Source: Thermoplasmatales archaeon
Lineage (GTDB): Archaea; Thermoplasmatota; E2; UBA202; JdFR-43
DNA: 64,000 bases
NCBI GenBank assembly: GCA_014361195.1
Contig: JACIWA010000007.1
Coordinates: 3,346 to 67,345 of the forward strand
Direction of reading: 5' to 3'
Positions 19,350 to 28,400 of the stretch are shown here, piece by piece (within the stretch, counting starts at the first letter, position 1; each line of letters opens with the position of its first letter). The position numbers were made by a program, and so were the translations under genes. The notes under the pieces are model-generated. The model saw nothing but the letters and a program-made list of their open reading frames with translations, made no database searches and had not been told where the DNA came from.

Positions 19350-19745
19350 TTATGCGGAGGTAACAATATTAACTGATATAACTCCTTTTATACCACTTAT
19401 TTTTTTTAGCAACCCTTTTATTTTATTTGCTTTGCCTCTAAACGCAATAATCTCAAGACATTGCTCTTTGTTTAGATGAATATGCATTGCTGCATTTATT
19501 ACTTCATTGTATTTATGTTGTGCTTCCGTCAGCATCTCACTTGTTAAATTGCTATGGTTATAAGTAAATACTATTGCCCCCGCAACTATTCCTTTTTCCT
19601 TTAAAAATTCGTGGGAAGTAATATATTCATGGATCGCGGATGAGATTGCATTGCTCCTGTTTTTGTGGCCCATCTCTTTGTAAATTTCATCAAATTTTTC
19701 TAATAAATCATAAGGGAGGGTAGCACTAACCCTAATTTTTTTCAT
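19350..19745 (-). CDS. nikR: NikR-family nickel-responsive regulator (RHH + ACT-like metal-binding domain)
   Basis: RVSATLPYDLLEKFDEIYKEMGHKNRSNAISSAIHEY is the ribbon-helix-helix region. MHIHLNKEQCLE matches the NikR HxH..C nickel site context. Confidence 0.8.
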   Translation of the reverse strand: MKKIRVSATLPYDLLEKFDEIYKEMGHKNRSNAISSAIHEYITSHEFLKEKGIVAGAIVFTYNHSNLTSEMLTEAQHKYNEVINAAMHIHLNKEQCLEIIAFRGKANKIKGLLKKISGIKGVISVNIVTSA

Positions 19746-19766
19746 GGGATATCAACATTTTTTATT

Positions 19767-20453
19767 TTAAATACTTAATGCTTTCTTTATTTGGCCCAAT
19801 AAATATTCTTCCCTTACAGAGCCAACTATTTCAATTTTTTCATTTATGACTGTTTTTGGAACACCCATTACATTGTATTTATGGGCTAAATGAGGAAATT
19901 CAGCAATTTCTACCATATCCGCAATAATATTTTCATTTTCTATTGCCATCTGGTGAGCGAGATGTGTCATAGAGGGGCAATATGGACATGTAGGGGTGAC
20001 AAATACTTGTAAGTGAATTCTTTTATCTATTTTCCTCAACTCTTCCTTTGTTTCTTCTTTTAAATTACTTCTTCCCCTTGAAACAGATATTATATCTTCG
20101 ATCAGGGCGGAGAATTCATATCCTGAAGGAATTCCAAAAAACCTTATTCCATATTCCCTTTTTCCAAACAGCAGTGTTGCGGGTATTTTGTCCACTTTAT
20201 ATTTTTCAGCAATCTCCTTTTCTTTACTGAATTCATGTACTTCAATTTCTATTTTATCACTGAGAGATTTCAATTCTTCAAGAATTTCTCCAGTTTCTTT
20301 GCAGAAATGGCACTCAAAATCCTGGGTAAAATAAAAAATTTTAACATTTCCTTCCATTTCTCTTTCAAACTTCTCCTTAATATATTTTCTATCACTTTTA
20401 CCTATAATCGCCATAAGAATAAAAGAAAACTTATTTAAAATTTTCACTGCCAA
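19767..20453 (-). CDS. Protein disulfide oxidoreductase (two thioredoxin-fold units)
   Basis: Two CxxC sites, CHFC and CPYC, in tandem glutaredoxin-like units of Pyrococcus PDO-like architecture. An alternative start is at MAIIGKSD. Confidence 0.75.
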   Translation of the reverse strand: MAVKILNKFSFILMAIIGKSDRKYIKEKFEREMEGNVKIFYFTQDFECHFCKETGEILEELKSLSDKIEIEVHEFSKEKEIAEKYKVDKIPATLLFGKREYGIRFFGIPSGYEFSALIEDIISVSRGRSNLKEETKEELRKIDKRIHLQVFVTPTCPYCPSMTHLAHQMAIENENIIADMVEIAEFPHLAHKYNVMGVPKTVINEKIEIVGSVREEYLLGQIKKALSI

Positions 20454-20486
20454 AAACTTTTTTTATCAATGCGATTAATTATTTAA

Positions 20487-21731
20487 ATGAAAACAAAGCC
20501 AAAAGTTTTTGTTAGCGAGAAAGAAAGCATCTGTATAAGATGCAGGGGGGCAAAGCTTCTTTGTGGGAAAAAAAGATGCCCGGTGCTTTTGAAATATTAT
20601 AAGAGCATTGAAATTAAGCCATTTATTGAAAAGAAGATTATTTATGGCTCCTCTCCTCCTTCAGTTTTTGTTGGCAGGGTTGGCTATCCAAAAGTTTATG
20701 CGGGTCCGATGCTCCCGCCTTTTGGAGGAGATACTTCATTGATGGATACACCAGAAATGTGGTATGGTAAAAGCATAGATGAAATTGTTGATTTCAGGAT
20801 GAAGTTGATAAGGGGGAAAAGTGCGGTAAATGTTTTTGATAAAGATAAAATCGTTTCTTATTTGCATGAAATAGCAATGGCGAATAAACCAGTAGATATG
20901 GAAGTAGAATTTGAAAAAAAGCCCTCTGGAAAAATAGCATTATATGATGAAGCCTCTCCTCATGGCCCATCCGCCCCAATTAAAAAAATCTGGATTGAAA
21001 ATCCAAGAGTTAATCAAAAGCTGGAGAAGGTTTATTATGATGAAATGAAAGCAAAGGAAGCGGTAATCTGGCTTTACAATGAAGGGATATATGTTTCAGC
21101 AATTCAGCGAGCTCTTTCAGCTGGCCTGCTTGGGTTGGAGAAGAGGCTTGTTCCTACGAGGTGGGGTATTACTGCGGTTGATGATATGATAGGAAAAGAA
21201 ATTCTTGAGGAAGTGAAAAGGCAACCATGGATAAATGAATACAGGGTTTATTTTACAAAGAGTTTAGATAATTTTTGGGTTGTTTTTATGTATCCATCTT
21301 CCTGGCAATATGAGCTTATTGAAGCATGGTATCCAAACACAAGCTGGAATCCGACTGGCAAAAAAATAGTTCTGTATGGTGACCATGAATATTTTTATGG
21401 AAGAAGCAATTATGCAAGCATAGGAGGTTGCTACTATGCGGCACGCCTCGCAAGCCTGGAGTTGCTTAAAAAAGAAAGAAAGCAGGCGGGAGTGATTGTG
21501 CTGAGGGAAATTCATCCTGGCTATATTATGCCTGTTGGGGTATGGAATGTGAGGGAAAATGTGAGGCAGGCATTGAGAAATGAGGCAAAAAAATTCAGTG
21601 ATGCAAGGGATGCAATTCTTTTTATTTCTTCATTGCTTCATATTCCAATGAAAAGATGGATTGAGAGCAGTGAATTGCTCAAAAATATTCTCATGCAAAA
21701 AAAGCTAGATGAATATGGAAATATACTGTAA
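20487..21731 (+). CDS. Nre-family archaeal DNA-repair-associated protein (DUF650/DUF651, COG1602-like)
   Basis: N-terminal Cys cluster CIRCRGAKLLCGKKRCPVL and about 410 aa length. The C-terminal QKKLDEYG is a weak PIP-like motif. The family call is from recall of the Nre pattern. Confidence 0.65.
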   Translation: MKTKPKVFVSEKESICIRCRGAKLLCGKKRCPVLLKYYKSIEIKPFIEKKIIYGSSPPSVFVGRVGYPKVYAGPMLPPFGGDTSLMDTPEMWYGKSIDEIVDFRMKLIRGKSAVNVFDKDKIVSYLHEIAMANKPVDMEVEFEKKPSGKIALYDEASPHGPSAPIKKIWIENPRVNQKLEKVYYDEMKAKEAVIWLYNEGIYVSAIQRALSAGLLGLEKRLVPTRWGITAVDDMIGKEILEEVKRQPWINEYRVYFTKSLDNFWVVFMYPSSWQYELIEAWYPNTSWNPTGKKIVLYGDHEYFYGRSNYASIGGCYYAARLASLELLKKERKQAGVIVLREIHPGYIMPVGVWNVRENVRQALRNEAKKFSDARDAILFISSLLHIPMKRWIESSELLKNILMQKKLDEYGNIL

Positions 21732-22455
21732 GAGTGCATTGACTAAAACAAAATTGCCAGGAATAGATTATTCATTGAATCCTTATATTGGCTGCTCCTT
21801 TTCCTGCTTATATTGCTATGTCCCTTATTTATTTAAGATGAAAAGGGATGAATGGAAAAATGTAAAGGCAAAGATAAATATGCCAAATTTACTGAGGGAG
21901 GAAATAAGGAAAAAGGAAAAGGGAATTGTCGGGATTTCTTCTTCAACAGATGCATATCAACCATATGAAAGAAAATATGAAATAGCGAGAAAATGCATTG
22001 AATTGCTTTCAAAATATGGATGGAAAATAGATATTCTTACTAAATCAGATTTGATAATGAGGGATATAGACATTATTAAAAAGAGTGATGCGAAAGTAGG
22101 AGTAACAATAACAACATTTAATGAAGAGGTGATAAGGGAATGGGAGCCATTTGCTCCCTCGCCCTATAGAAGAATTGAAGCAATTAAAAAATTTTCAGAT
22201 GAAGGAATATTTACCTATATTTTTTTCGGGCCAGTTTTTCCATTTATAAGGGAGGAGGAAATTGAATACTGTATTGAAGAATTTATAAATGCGGGGGCAA
22301 AAGAAGTTATTGTTGATTCATTGCATATAAAGCAAGGAATGGCGAGTGAAATTGAAAAAATTTTTCCTAAAATAGATTTGCAGAGGTATGGAGAAATATT
22401 TGAAAAAGCAAAGAAGTTTGCAAAAGGAAAAATAGAAGTAACTAAGGCATGGTAA
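21709..22455 (+). CDS. Radical SAM protein (SplB/COG1533-like)
   Basis: NPYIGCSFSCLYCYV carries the CxxxCxxC cluster motif. It overlaps the Nre gene by 23 nt. Confidence 0.75.
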   Translation: MNMEIYCKSALTKTKLPGIDYSLNPYIGCSFSCLYCYVPYLFKMKRDEWKNVKAKINMPNLLREEIRKKEKGIVGISSSTDAYQPYERKYEIARKCIELLSKYGWKIDILTKSDLIMRDIDIIKKSDAKVGVTITTFNEEVIREWEPFAPSPYRRIEAIKKFSDEGIFTYIFFGPVFPFIREEEIEYCIEEFINAGAKEVIVDSLHIKQGMASEIEKIFPKIDLQRYGEIFEKAKKFAKGKIEVTKAW

Positions 22456-22503
22456 AAGGGAAATGAAAGCGAAAGATTATATAATTTAGATTATTAATTT
22501 TTG

Positions 22504-23049
22504 ATGAAAATTGTTGCTTTATTTGTTGCGGGGTTATTTATTTTATCCGCATTTGTAGGAGCTAAAAATAATAAAAGTGAAAAATTTGCTGGGAAAGATG
22601 ATATTAAAACTTTTAGCTGGTTTGTTTCCTCTCTTCCCTATAGTGTTTCATCCGTTGATAAAGAAAATTCCATGAGATATTCATTTTATTTCATAACTGG
22701 CCATTATATGTATGAAAAAGGTTTTCACGCGGATGGAATAATATTTCATTTTCCAAATATTTATGATGGAAAGGAACACTGGGCAAATCTGACAGGTTAT
22801 GCGGAGATTAAATTTCTTGATGGAGAATATTATAGAAATGATAATTATAAAGTTGTTACTCACTGGTGGGGGTCGCCTGGCTTTACCTATTATTCCATAA
22901 AAATTATTTTTTCTCGCAAAATTGAATTCATTCATCTGCATCTTGATTATAGTGAAGATGATAGATATATAAGAACAATTGATAGAACATTTTATGGAAG
23001 ATGGAGCGACTTTTTTATGATGAAAATGTTTATATACTCATGCCTATGA
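22504..23049 (+). CDS. Hypothetical secreted protein
   Basis: Signal peptide MKIVALFVAGLFILSAFVGA. Aromatic-rich with no recognisable domain. Confidence 0.45.
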   Translation: MKIVALFVAGLFILSAFVGAKNNKSEKFAGKDDIKTFSWFVSSLPYSVSSVDKENSMRYSFYFITGHYMYEKGFHADGIIFHFPNIYDGKEHWANLTGYAEIKFLDGEYYRNDNYKVVTHWWGSPGFTYYSIKIIFSRKIEFIHLHLDYSEDDRYIRTIDRTFYGRWSDFFMMKMFIYSCL

Positions 23050-23056
23050 TAATATT

Positions 23057-23425
23057 GTGAAAGGAAAATATCTGGCTTATGGTATAATTGCATTAATGAT
23101 GGGGGTAGCGATAACATCAGCATTTTCTTTTAAACCAGCTCATCCCTCGCCGATAAAAGTATATATTTTAGGAGGCATAGGTTGCAAAATGGGGGTAATA
23201 AATGATGCAAATTCCGCAATTACCGCAAATTATAGCATCATGTATTGGAATATGGGAAATCATCGTGTAGAAGGAACTTTTGATGTCCCTCCAAATTCTG
23301 TTGCTGAAAAAACATTTTATGTTTTCTCCGGTTTCTCGCCGATAATTGCAAGCATCAACGCTGGCGGTGAAGCAATGTCAAGGCAGGGATACATTTTGCT
23401 ATTCTTTGTCCTATTTCCAGATTGA
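23057..23425 (+). CDS. Hypothetical small secreted or membrane-anchored protein (GTG start)
   Basis: Signal/anchor YLAYGIIALMMGVAITSAFS. No recognisable domain. Confidence 0.4.
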   Translation: MKGKYLAYGIIALMMGVAITSAFSFKPAHPSPIKVYILGGIGCKMGVINDANSAITANYSIMYWNMGNHRVEGTFDVPPNSVAEKTFYVFSGFSPIIASINAGGEAMSRQGYILLFFVLFPD

Positions 23426-23460
23426 AGAAAAATCTTAAATAGCTACAATGTATTTCATGC

Positions 23461-25410
23461 ATGAATAGCTATGGGAGGCTTTTACTTGCCCTTTCCATAG
23501 GGCTAATGGTAGCGGGTTTTACTTCTATTTTCCAGGGAAAAGGAAATGAAAATTCTATTGAAAGAGGTTTAGGATGTATATTGGAAGAGATAACTCCTGA
23601 TAATAATGTAAATTTCGTGAATCTTGCTCCTCCTTCCTGGGATTGGAGAAATCAGGGGATAGTTACTTCAGTTAAAAATCAAGGGGGTTGTGGTTCATGC
23701 GTCGCTTTTGCTTGTGTAGGAGTTTTTGAAGCGGTTATAAAATGGAAAACTGGTTTGACAACTGATTTAAGTGAAGCACACCTATTTTTCTGTGCGGGAG
23801 GGAGGTGTGAGGTAGGAATGGCGATAAGCACCGCAATGGATTATTTAAAGAATTATGGGGTGAGTGATGAAAACTGTTTTCCATATGATGGTGCAATTTA
23901 CGGGCAAAATTTGCCATGTAATCCATGTGAGGGATGGGAGGAGAGTGCTTTTAAGATAGATTCATGGGGGACAGTAAGCGGGAGAGAGAATATAAAAAAC
24001 ACAATTTATAATTATGGGCCAGTTGCTGCTTCTTTTATTGTTTATGAAGATTTTTATCGCGAGTATCCGAATCCTAGCAGATGGCCAAATGATGTGTATT
24101 ATTATCAATATGGAAATTCAGTGGGGGCGCATGCGGTTGCAATTGTGGGATATGATGATGCCCAGCAATGCTGGATTTGCAAGAATAGCTGGGGAGCGAC
24201 ATGGGGACTACAGGGATACTTTAAAATAAAATATGGAGAGTGCGGAATAGATGACTGGGTATATTACATAACATATTCTCCTACTCTTGTTGCAAGTGCG
24301 GGTGGGCCATATAAAGGGAAACCAGGAGAGAGCATACAATTTTATGGTTCTGCATATGGAGGAGTAAATCCATATAGCTGGAACTGGAGCTTTGGAGATG
24401 GAAGTTATAGCAATGAGCAAAATCCAAGGCATGTATATACTAAAGCGGGAAATTATACAGTTAGATTAACTGTAAGAGATGCAAGAGGACAAACCGCTAG
24501 TTCAACAACTAACGCAATTATAAATAATCCTCCCTCAAAGCCAAATATAAAAGGGTCAAATGCGGGAAGAAAAAATATTCAATATACTTTCTATTTCGTT
24601 TCCACTGATGCAGATGGAGACAAAATAAAATATAAAGTTGATTGGGGGGATGGGAGTTCGTCTGAAACAGGATTTATTAAATCAGGAGAGAATGCAATTT
24701 TAACTCATGCATGGAAGAAAGAAGGGAAATATAACATAAGAGCAGAGGCGGAAGATGAAAGAGGAGAGAAGAGTGGATATTCAAGCTATTATATTGAAAT
24801 AGGGGAGAAGGAAGCACCATTTCCTCCAACGAATCCTTATCCAGAAGATGGAGCAACCTCTGTTCCATTAAATGTTGTTCTTTCCTGGGAGTGCTATGAT
24901 CCAGATAACGATACTCTATATTATACAATATATTTAGATGGAAAAAAAGTTGCGGAAAATATAACCGCAAATAAATATCAGTTGCATAACCTTGAGCCAT
25001 TCAAGGAATATACATGGGAAGTGCATGTAATTGACAGCGATGGCTTAACTTCACAAAGCCAAACATGGCATTTCAGAACAAAAGATATAACTCCTCCAGA
25101 TGTCAGCATAATTGAGCCGAAAGAAAATCATCTTTGCATTGGAAATTTTTCAATACCATTCTTCAAAACATTTTATATTGGAAAAATAAAAGTCATTGTA
25201 AATGCAAGTGATGAGCAATCTGGGTTGCAAAAAATAGAATTTTATGTAAATGGAAAGCTTGAAGCGACAATTTATGAAGAGCCATATGAATGGGTATGGA
25301 ATGAAGATACACTTTATGATTTGCATAAGCTTGAAGTAGTGGCATATGACAATGATGGAAACTATGCAAAAGACAGCATCGAAGCAATTGTTTTAAATCT
25401 CTTCCCCTAA
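23461..25410 (+). CDS. Secreted papain-family (C1) cysteine protease with PKD, FN3-like and C-terminal Ig-like domains
   Basis: Catalytic Cys context NQGGCGSCVAFA, His context GAHAVAIVGYD and Asn/Trp context KNSWGATWG. PKD motif WNWSFGDGSYSNEQNPRHVYTKAGNYTVRLTV. No I29 propeptide lies between the signal anchor and PPSWDWR. Confidence 0.9.
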   Translation: MNSYGRLLLALSIGLMVAGFTSIFQGKGNENSIERGLGCILEEITPDNNVNFVNLAPPSWDWRNQGIVTSVKNQGGCGSCVAFACVGVFEAVIKWKTGLTTDLSEAHLFFCAGGRCEVGMAISTAMDYLKNYGVSDENCFPYDGAIYGQNLPCNPCEGWEESAFKIDSWGTVSGRENIKNTIYNYGPVAASFIVYEDFYREYPNPSRWPNDVYYYQYGNSVGAHAVAIVGYDDAQQCWICKNSWGATWGLQGYFKIKYGECGIDDWVYYITYSPTLVASAGGPYKGKPGESIQFYGSAYGGVNPYSWNWSFGDGSYSNEQNPRHVYTKAGNYTVRLTVRDARGQTASSTTNAIINNPPSKPNIKGSNAGRKNIQYTFYFVSTDADGDKIKYKVDWGDGSSSETGFIKSGENAILTHAWKKEGKYNIRAEAEDERGEKSGYSSYYIEIGEKEAPFPPTNPYPEDGATSVPLNVVLSWECYDPDNDTLYYTIYLDGKKVAENITANKYQLHNLEPFKEYTWEVHVIDSDGLTSQSQTWHFRTKDITPPDVSIIEPKENHLCIGNFSIPFFKTFYIGKIKVIVNASDEQSGLQKIEFYVNGKLEATIYEEPYEWVWNEDTLYDLHKLEVVAYDNDGNYAKDSIEAIVLNLFP

Positions 25411-25466
25411 ACTTTTTTGGGAAAAAATTTATATACTCTTTTTCTATATACATTTGGAGGCAGAAA

Positions 25467-28400
25467 ATGACCGAAAAAAAATATAGGTTGGTAATAAGCG
25501 TGTTTGTAGCGATAGCAATGATAACAACAACAATACCAATGGCAATAACAGTTCCACCACCATCCGATACACAACAGGCAATTAATGAACCAATACCACC
25601 GACACCAGGTTATCAAGGACCACATGGACAGATAGTATTTGAAGAAACATTTGATGCAGATCTTGGTGTATTTACCGTAATAGACAACTCTGGAGATGGA
25701 ACATGGCAGTGGGATGGCACAGGAGCAGCAATGTGGGCGGATGGAGGAGAAACTGATGATGAGGATGACTATTTAAGCACAGATATAGAGTTACCAGATA
25801 TTGATACAACTTGCAATGCACTTACACTGCAATTTGACTACTGGGGAGAAGGCGGAGTATTTGAAGTACTCGCAGGCATTGATGTTTTGGGAACATTTAC
25901 CGCAGCAACACGGGCTACTGCAGATATTGATTTAACAAGCTATGAAGGAACAACAATAACCCTTGCTTTCCATGTTTACGCAACTGAAACAAGAACAATA
26001 TATATTGACAATGTTGTGATTGCACAGAACCCAAGAACTGATATAATAATAAATGGAATCGAAGGAATGGAAGATGGCGGAAGATACAATACATTCCCGA
26101 AGTGGATAGATGTTAATGTAACAAATGGAGGAACAGAGCCAATCACAGGAGCGGATTTCCATCTACAAATTTATCAGGAAGTACCATTTGAGCCAATAAT
26201 ATATAATTGCTGGGACATGGAGGAATGTTTCTTGCTTACATGGGATGTATTCAGCTGGGATGGAGATCAGGCAACATGGTATTGGACAGAAAAGAGGAGC
26301 CACAGCCCAACCCACAGCTATCACAGCCAGCCAGATTATCTGGCAACATATGAAGCGTACTCATTTGATAGCTTGGTACTGCATGACTATTTCGCAATTC
26401 CAACAACAATTGAAGTAGATGGACGTACACAGCCAGTAACAGGAGCATATCTGACATTCTGGCACTGGTGCGAAGGAGAGTTTGATGGAACAAACCCAAT
26501 TGATTATGGTGTAGTAAGGCTCGAGACCGCAGCCCCACCACCAGCAAGCGCAATTGTTGGCGGACCATATTATGATACAGATGGAGAATGGGTACAGGAA
26601 ACAATAGATATATCCGCATGGATTGGAGAGAGCTTCAAGATAAACTTCACATGGAGAAGTGACGGATACCTTAACTTTGAGGGATGGTATATAGATGATA
26701 TATGCATTGAATTGAGAGTTGGAAGCGCTCAACCATTAATATTCCAGGGATATGAATACGTAGATTTTGAAGCGGGAGAAACAAAGACATTCGGTTTCCC
26801 AATTCAATGGACAATTCCGCAACCAGGAACATATTATATAGAAGTCTATACTGACTATGAAGATTGCAATCCACTTGGAAATAGAATCAACTGGACAATA
26901 TGGTTTGGAGATGTATGCGATGGAGAAATAACAAACATAGAGGTTCCACCATTAGTACGAATGCCAAACGACCCATGTGGAGAAGAACTCAACTGGGTTA
27001 TAGTTCCAATAAATGTAACAGTTCATAACAATGGAACACTTGTCGAAGATATACCAGTTGAAGTAACCGCACGCCACAAGATAACAGAAAAATTGTGGTG
27101 GGATGATGTTGAGAGCGGAGACCTTGGATATAGATATGTAACCTGGGGTTCATCAATAAGTATGTGGAATATAGTTGGTGCAGATTTCTACAGCCCGTTC
27201 CATTCATGGCACTTTGGAGATTCCCCAACAACATATCCAGCAGGAGTTAATGGTGGATTTGCAGTAGTTCCATATGATACAATAGATTGGATCGACTTGA
27301 AGAACTATCCAGATGCAGATATAGTAATAAAGGCAAAGTGGGACTTTGTAGCACCTGATAGGGCGGTTCCAGTTTTAATTAATGGAAATACATGGTACTT
27401 CTTCATTGGTAGAAGCATGCACTTAACAGGAAATTCTGGAGGATGGCAGGAAGTAAGATTCAGTGATTTGCTGGAAGGATATGTAACATATTATGGATTG
27501 AACAACATCTTTGAATTGCCCGAATTATACGGATTTACAGACTTCAAAGGATTTGCAATAGGTGTATGTGGTCCAGGATTAGCCCCAACAGTTGGAGGAG
27601 GAGCGGGATTATACATTGATGATATACTCGTGTATAAGAGCTATGCAGGAGAAGTAGTATGGAGCGATACACTTGTAGCAGAAGATTTAGAGCCATGCCA
27701 GAGCAAGGTGTTGTACTTTGAATGGAATACAACAGAATATTGCGATTATATTATAACCGCAACAGTTAAACTTGATTGCGATATGGACCCAACAAATGAT
27801 GAGATGGGAGCACCAACAAGAATATATAAACAGATATATGAAGGAGATGACTTTGAGAAGTGGGAACAGGAAGACAATACATATGGCCTGCCAGATCACT
27901 GGCATATTGTAGAAGAATGCTCAATCTGCCCAGATGATCACATCTGGTGGAATGGAGACGAAGCAACTGGAATATATGTCAATGGAGTTGATGAAATCCT
28001 TGTAATAAATAGAACATTTGACTTCACAGGTGTAACAACCGCAACACTCAGCTTTGAAACATATTATTATATTGAAGCTGGATATGATTATGGCTATGTA
28101 GAAGTAAGCAATGACTGCGGTATGACATGGTTCAGAATAGAGAGCTATACAGGAAATACAGGAGGAGTATGGGTAACTGAAACATTAACACTTGAGGAAG
28201 GAGTAACAATATTGTATAGTGAATATACAGATTTGTACTTCACAATGCCAACTGGTTTCTTCACAGATAAGATGCACTTCCGCTTCAGATTTGTGTCAGA
28301 TGAATTGACTGCGGAGAAGGGATGGTTCATTGACGATGTTATGGTAGTTGCAGACGGAGATACACTCTTCTTCGATGATATGGAAGATGCGGCATTCAGT

